A stretch of DNA of 64,000 nucleotides. Source: Lytechinus pictus. Taxonomy: Eukaryota. Under the pieces are notes generated by a model. That model searched no databases and was not told the origin of the DNA. It was given only the letters and a program-made list of their open reading frames with translations. Every line of letters begins with the position of its first letter. Position 1 is the stretch's first letter. Shown here in pieces: positions 61,726 to 64,000 of the stretch. The DNA lies in NCBI RefSeq assembly GCF_037042905.1, contig NC_087245.1, positions 25,174,001 through 25,238,000 on the forward strand, given 5' to 3'. Made by a program: the position numbers and the translations under genes.

Positions 61726-63559
61726 TGATAGCTCAAGTCTCATGATATTTTTTTTCATTTTTGGAGAAAAGAGACTTAAGAATATAATGAGGTAACATAT
61801 TCCTTCCTTCATTAATATTTTCTCCAAACCATTAATGAATATAAATCAATGTGTAATTTACTCAAGAGATGAAAATGATTGATTTTTACTGACTGAAAGA
61901 CTATTATTATTAATATGATGTAAAAACCAGTAGAGTTCAATACTGGCCACATGCACAGCATGGATAAATGGCAACAAATGGTGACAAAATTGATACCAAG
62001 TGTGACAACATTTCCAAGAATTTTATTAAGATTTTTGATTGGATATTTGGACTTGATAATCCTCATAATAGGGGTTCCAGGGATGTATGGTATGGATGTT
62101 ATACAAAATTTTGTTTTCAATAATTTGCATAAAGGCAAATTCTTGGTATAAGTTCATGTGAGCTAGTTGAATTGTTGAATATCTATCTGCCAAAATGAGA
62201 ATCTTGAATGTGTCCTTATTTCTTTAATACTCAAATAAATGAAAAAATACCTGATTTTATAATATTTCAGAACCTTAGTATTTCTCTTTTATTTTCCTTT
62301 GTCCTTTGTCACTTTGTCACCTCATGTTCATTTCCTTATTAATATTATCATTTCCTTATTAATATTATCTTCCTTTCTGAGGTCATTCTTTTCTTGTGCT
62401 TCCTGTGAGGTTATATTGAATCTAGTGAGTTCGTAGGATAGCTAGTAGAACAGCATAGTCATGTGGGAGGTAAACATCCTTTCATTCCTTTGACTTTATC
62501 AACAAAAATGTAAAATTGTGATTCTTAGTACTAATGATTACTGAAAATGCAGGATATGGTTAAGTATTCTCATTTAATTCTAATAATTTTTCATTGTGAA
62601 TTGTGATGTACATGTAGGCCAAATCTCACCACTATATAATGTACTTGGTAGGAAATTGTCCATGTGAAGAACAAAAATTTGTGTTGAAGTTCAAGTAACT
62701 TCAAAGAAATTTGAGATTTCCATAAATGTATTCATTCTTCCTTTCATGAAAAGATCACAGCTCGTTATATTTTATGAAATTCTACACGACAAAATGAAAG
62801 TTGGGGAGTATATTGGCCTAAAAAAGAACAAAAACAATGTTCCTGCATCAGTTGAAGTTTTATAGATGAAGGACAAAGTATATGAATTAATAACTGTTTG
62901 TGAGAAAAAAAAAATCAAATGATAGGCCTATGTGTATTGCGCTTCCATCCTGTCTTTAACCTTTGAGTGGGTTGGAGTATTTGCATTAAGTTTCGTGGAA
63001 AGATAATCCAAAGGCCTATGTGAAATTCACAAGGTGTAACCCGGCCAGACTAACCTCTGCCTATATAGGTTGCCCAAGAGTTTATGGCATTTGGAAGGAA
63101 AAGCCAACGGCTTCCTTGCTGTCATCATCAATAACCTGCAATTAGATGAAATGATATTTCACCAAGGTGGATGCTGTCCTCTAAGTCTGGATGGGAATGA
63201 ACTTGATCGGCTTGCTCAAACCGTTTCCTCTCTTGTGAAACAAGGAAAGGACCTTGTTACCGAGCATTTTCCCCACTTGACACTTTCAAAAGTTTGTATG
63301 TACAGTGTGATGGAAAATTGAAGTTTCTTACTTGATATTGCAGCATTTATCATGCGATATGGGTGTTCGCTATACTCATCAAATCGTGATAATGAAATGA
63401 TAATATATGATGAAAAGTCACAATATGTCTGATCAGCAGAATCGCTTGAAGCATTACAAAAGTTTTTAAAATCCTATCTGTTTTCTTCTTACTTTTGTTG
63501 AATATTTTAAGGTATAATTTGATATGTCCATACACCCTCACAAGCAAACATTATTTTAT

Positions 63560-63648
63560 CTGTAATCCCCCCATCCCTATGCGCCTCGGAATAGTTAACT
63601 AGATAGATGGCGCATAATAAAGGTTGTTTATTATTATTATTATTATTA
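63560..63648 (+). mobile_element. L2/SINE 3' tail fragment
   Basis: TGCGCCTCGGAA...GGCGCATAATAAA followed by (TTA)n. Confidence 0.6.
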
Positions 63649-64000
63649 ATTGACCATATATACATTTTTACACCTTGACACCTTTCACTGTAAAGTCGTC
63701 ATTGTGCAATGCGCAATGCGCATAATTTATGTCCAAATCAGAAGTAAGCATGTAGTTTTGCAGAAACTTTTTTTTTCTTCAAAATGCTCATTTTTCAACG
63801 TTTTATGTTTGTGGTTTGAATTCTATCATTTTGTTGACCAACGAATGAATTAATCCATGGCAGGAACTGAACATCTTTGAAAACCATGTATTGGGGGTAA
63901 AAACTAAAGTGTCAGTTGTATACAGTGCTCACTAGATGACTCCATCCCCAGTGAGGGGATGATACGGACACCGTTGTCACAGTAACGGTGTACAGGGGTG

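Noticed and set aside
63070..63321. 83-aa ORF with coding-like composition
   Set aside because: Non-ATG start, no recognisable motif and no convincing splice donor.

Overview
AT-rich eukaryotic (metazoan) genomic DNA. The repeat families look echinoderm/sea-urchin-like, which is an inference. There is no recognisable host protein-coding gene body. The window is mostly transposon debris: about 20 MITEs, Helentron-type HINE/Tsp-like elements, tRNA-derived SINEs, L2 3' fragments and microsatellites. The only long real ORF is a minus-strand LINE ORF2 (APE endonuclease + reverse transcriptase; 14344-11330, extendable to 11187 across a 1-nt frameshift). It lies inside a 5.28-kb unit with perfect 38-bp terminal inverted repeats (TIRs) and a target-site duplication (TSD), with P-element-like ends and no transposase (10161-15439). 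That unit interrupts a degenerate ~150-160-bp tandem array. Several promoter-like islands end in short ATG-initiated exons with splice donors on the + strand (29737, 38778, 56927), suggesting the 5' region of a large gene with alternative first exons. No CRISPR array, rRNA or convincing tRNA gene was seen.
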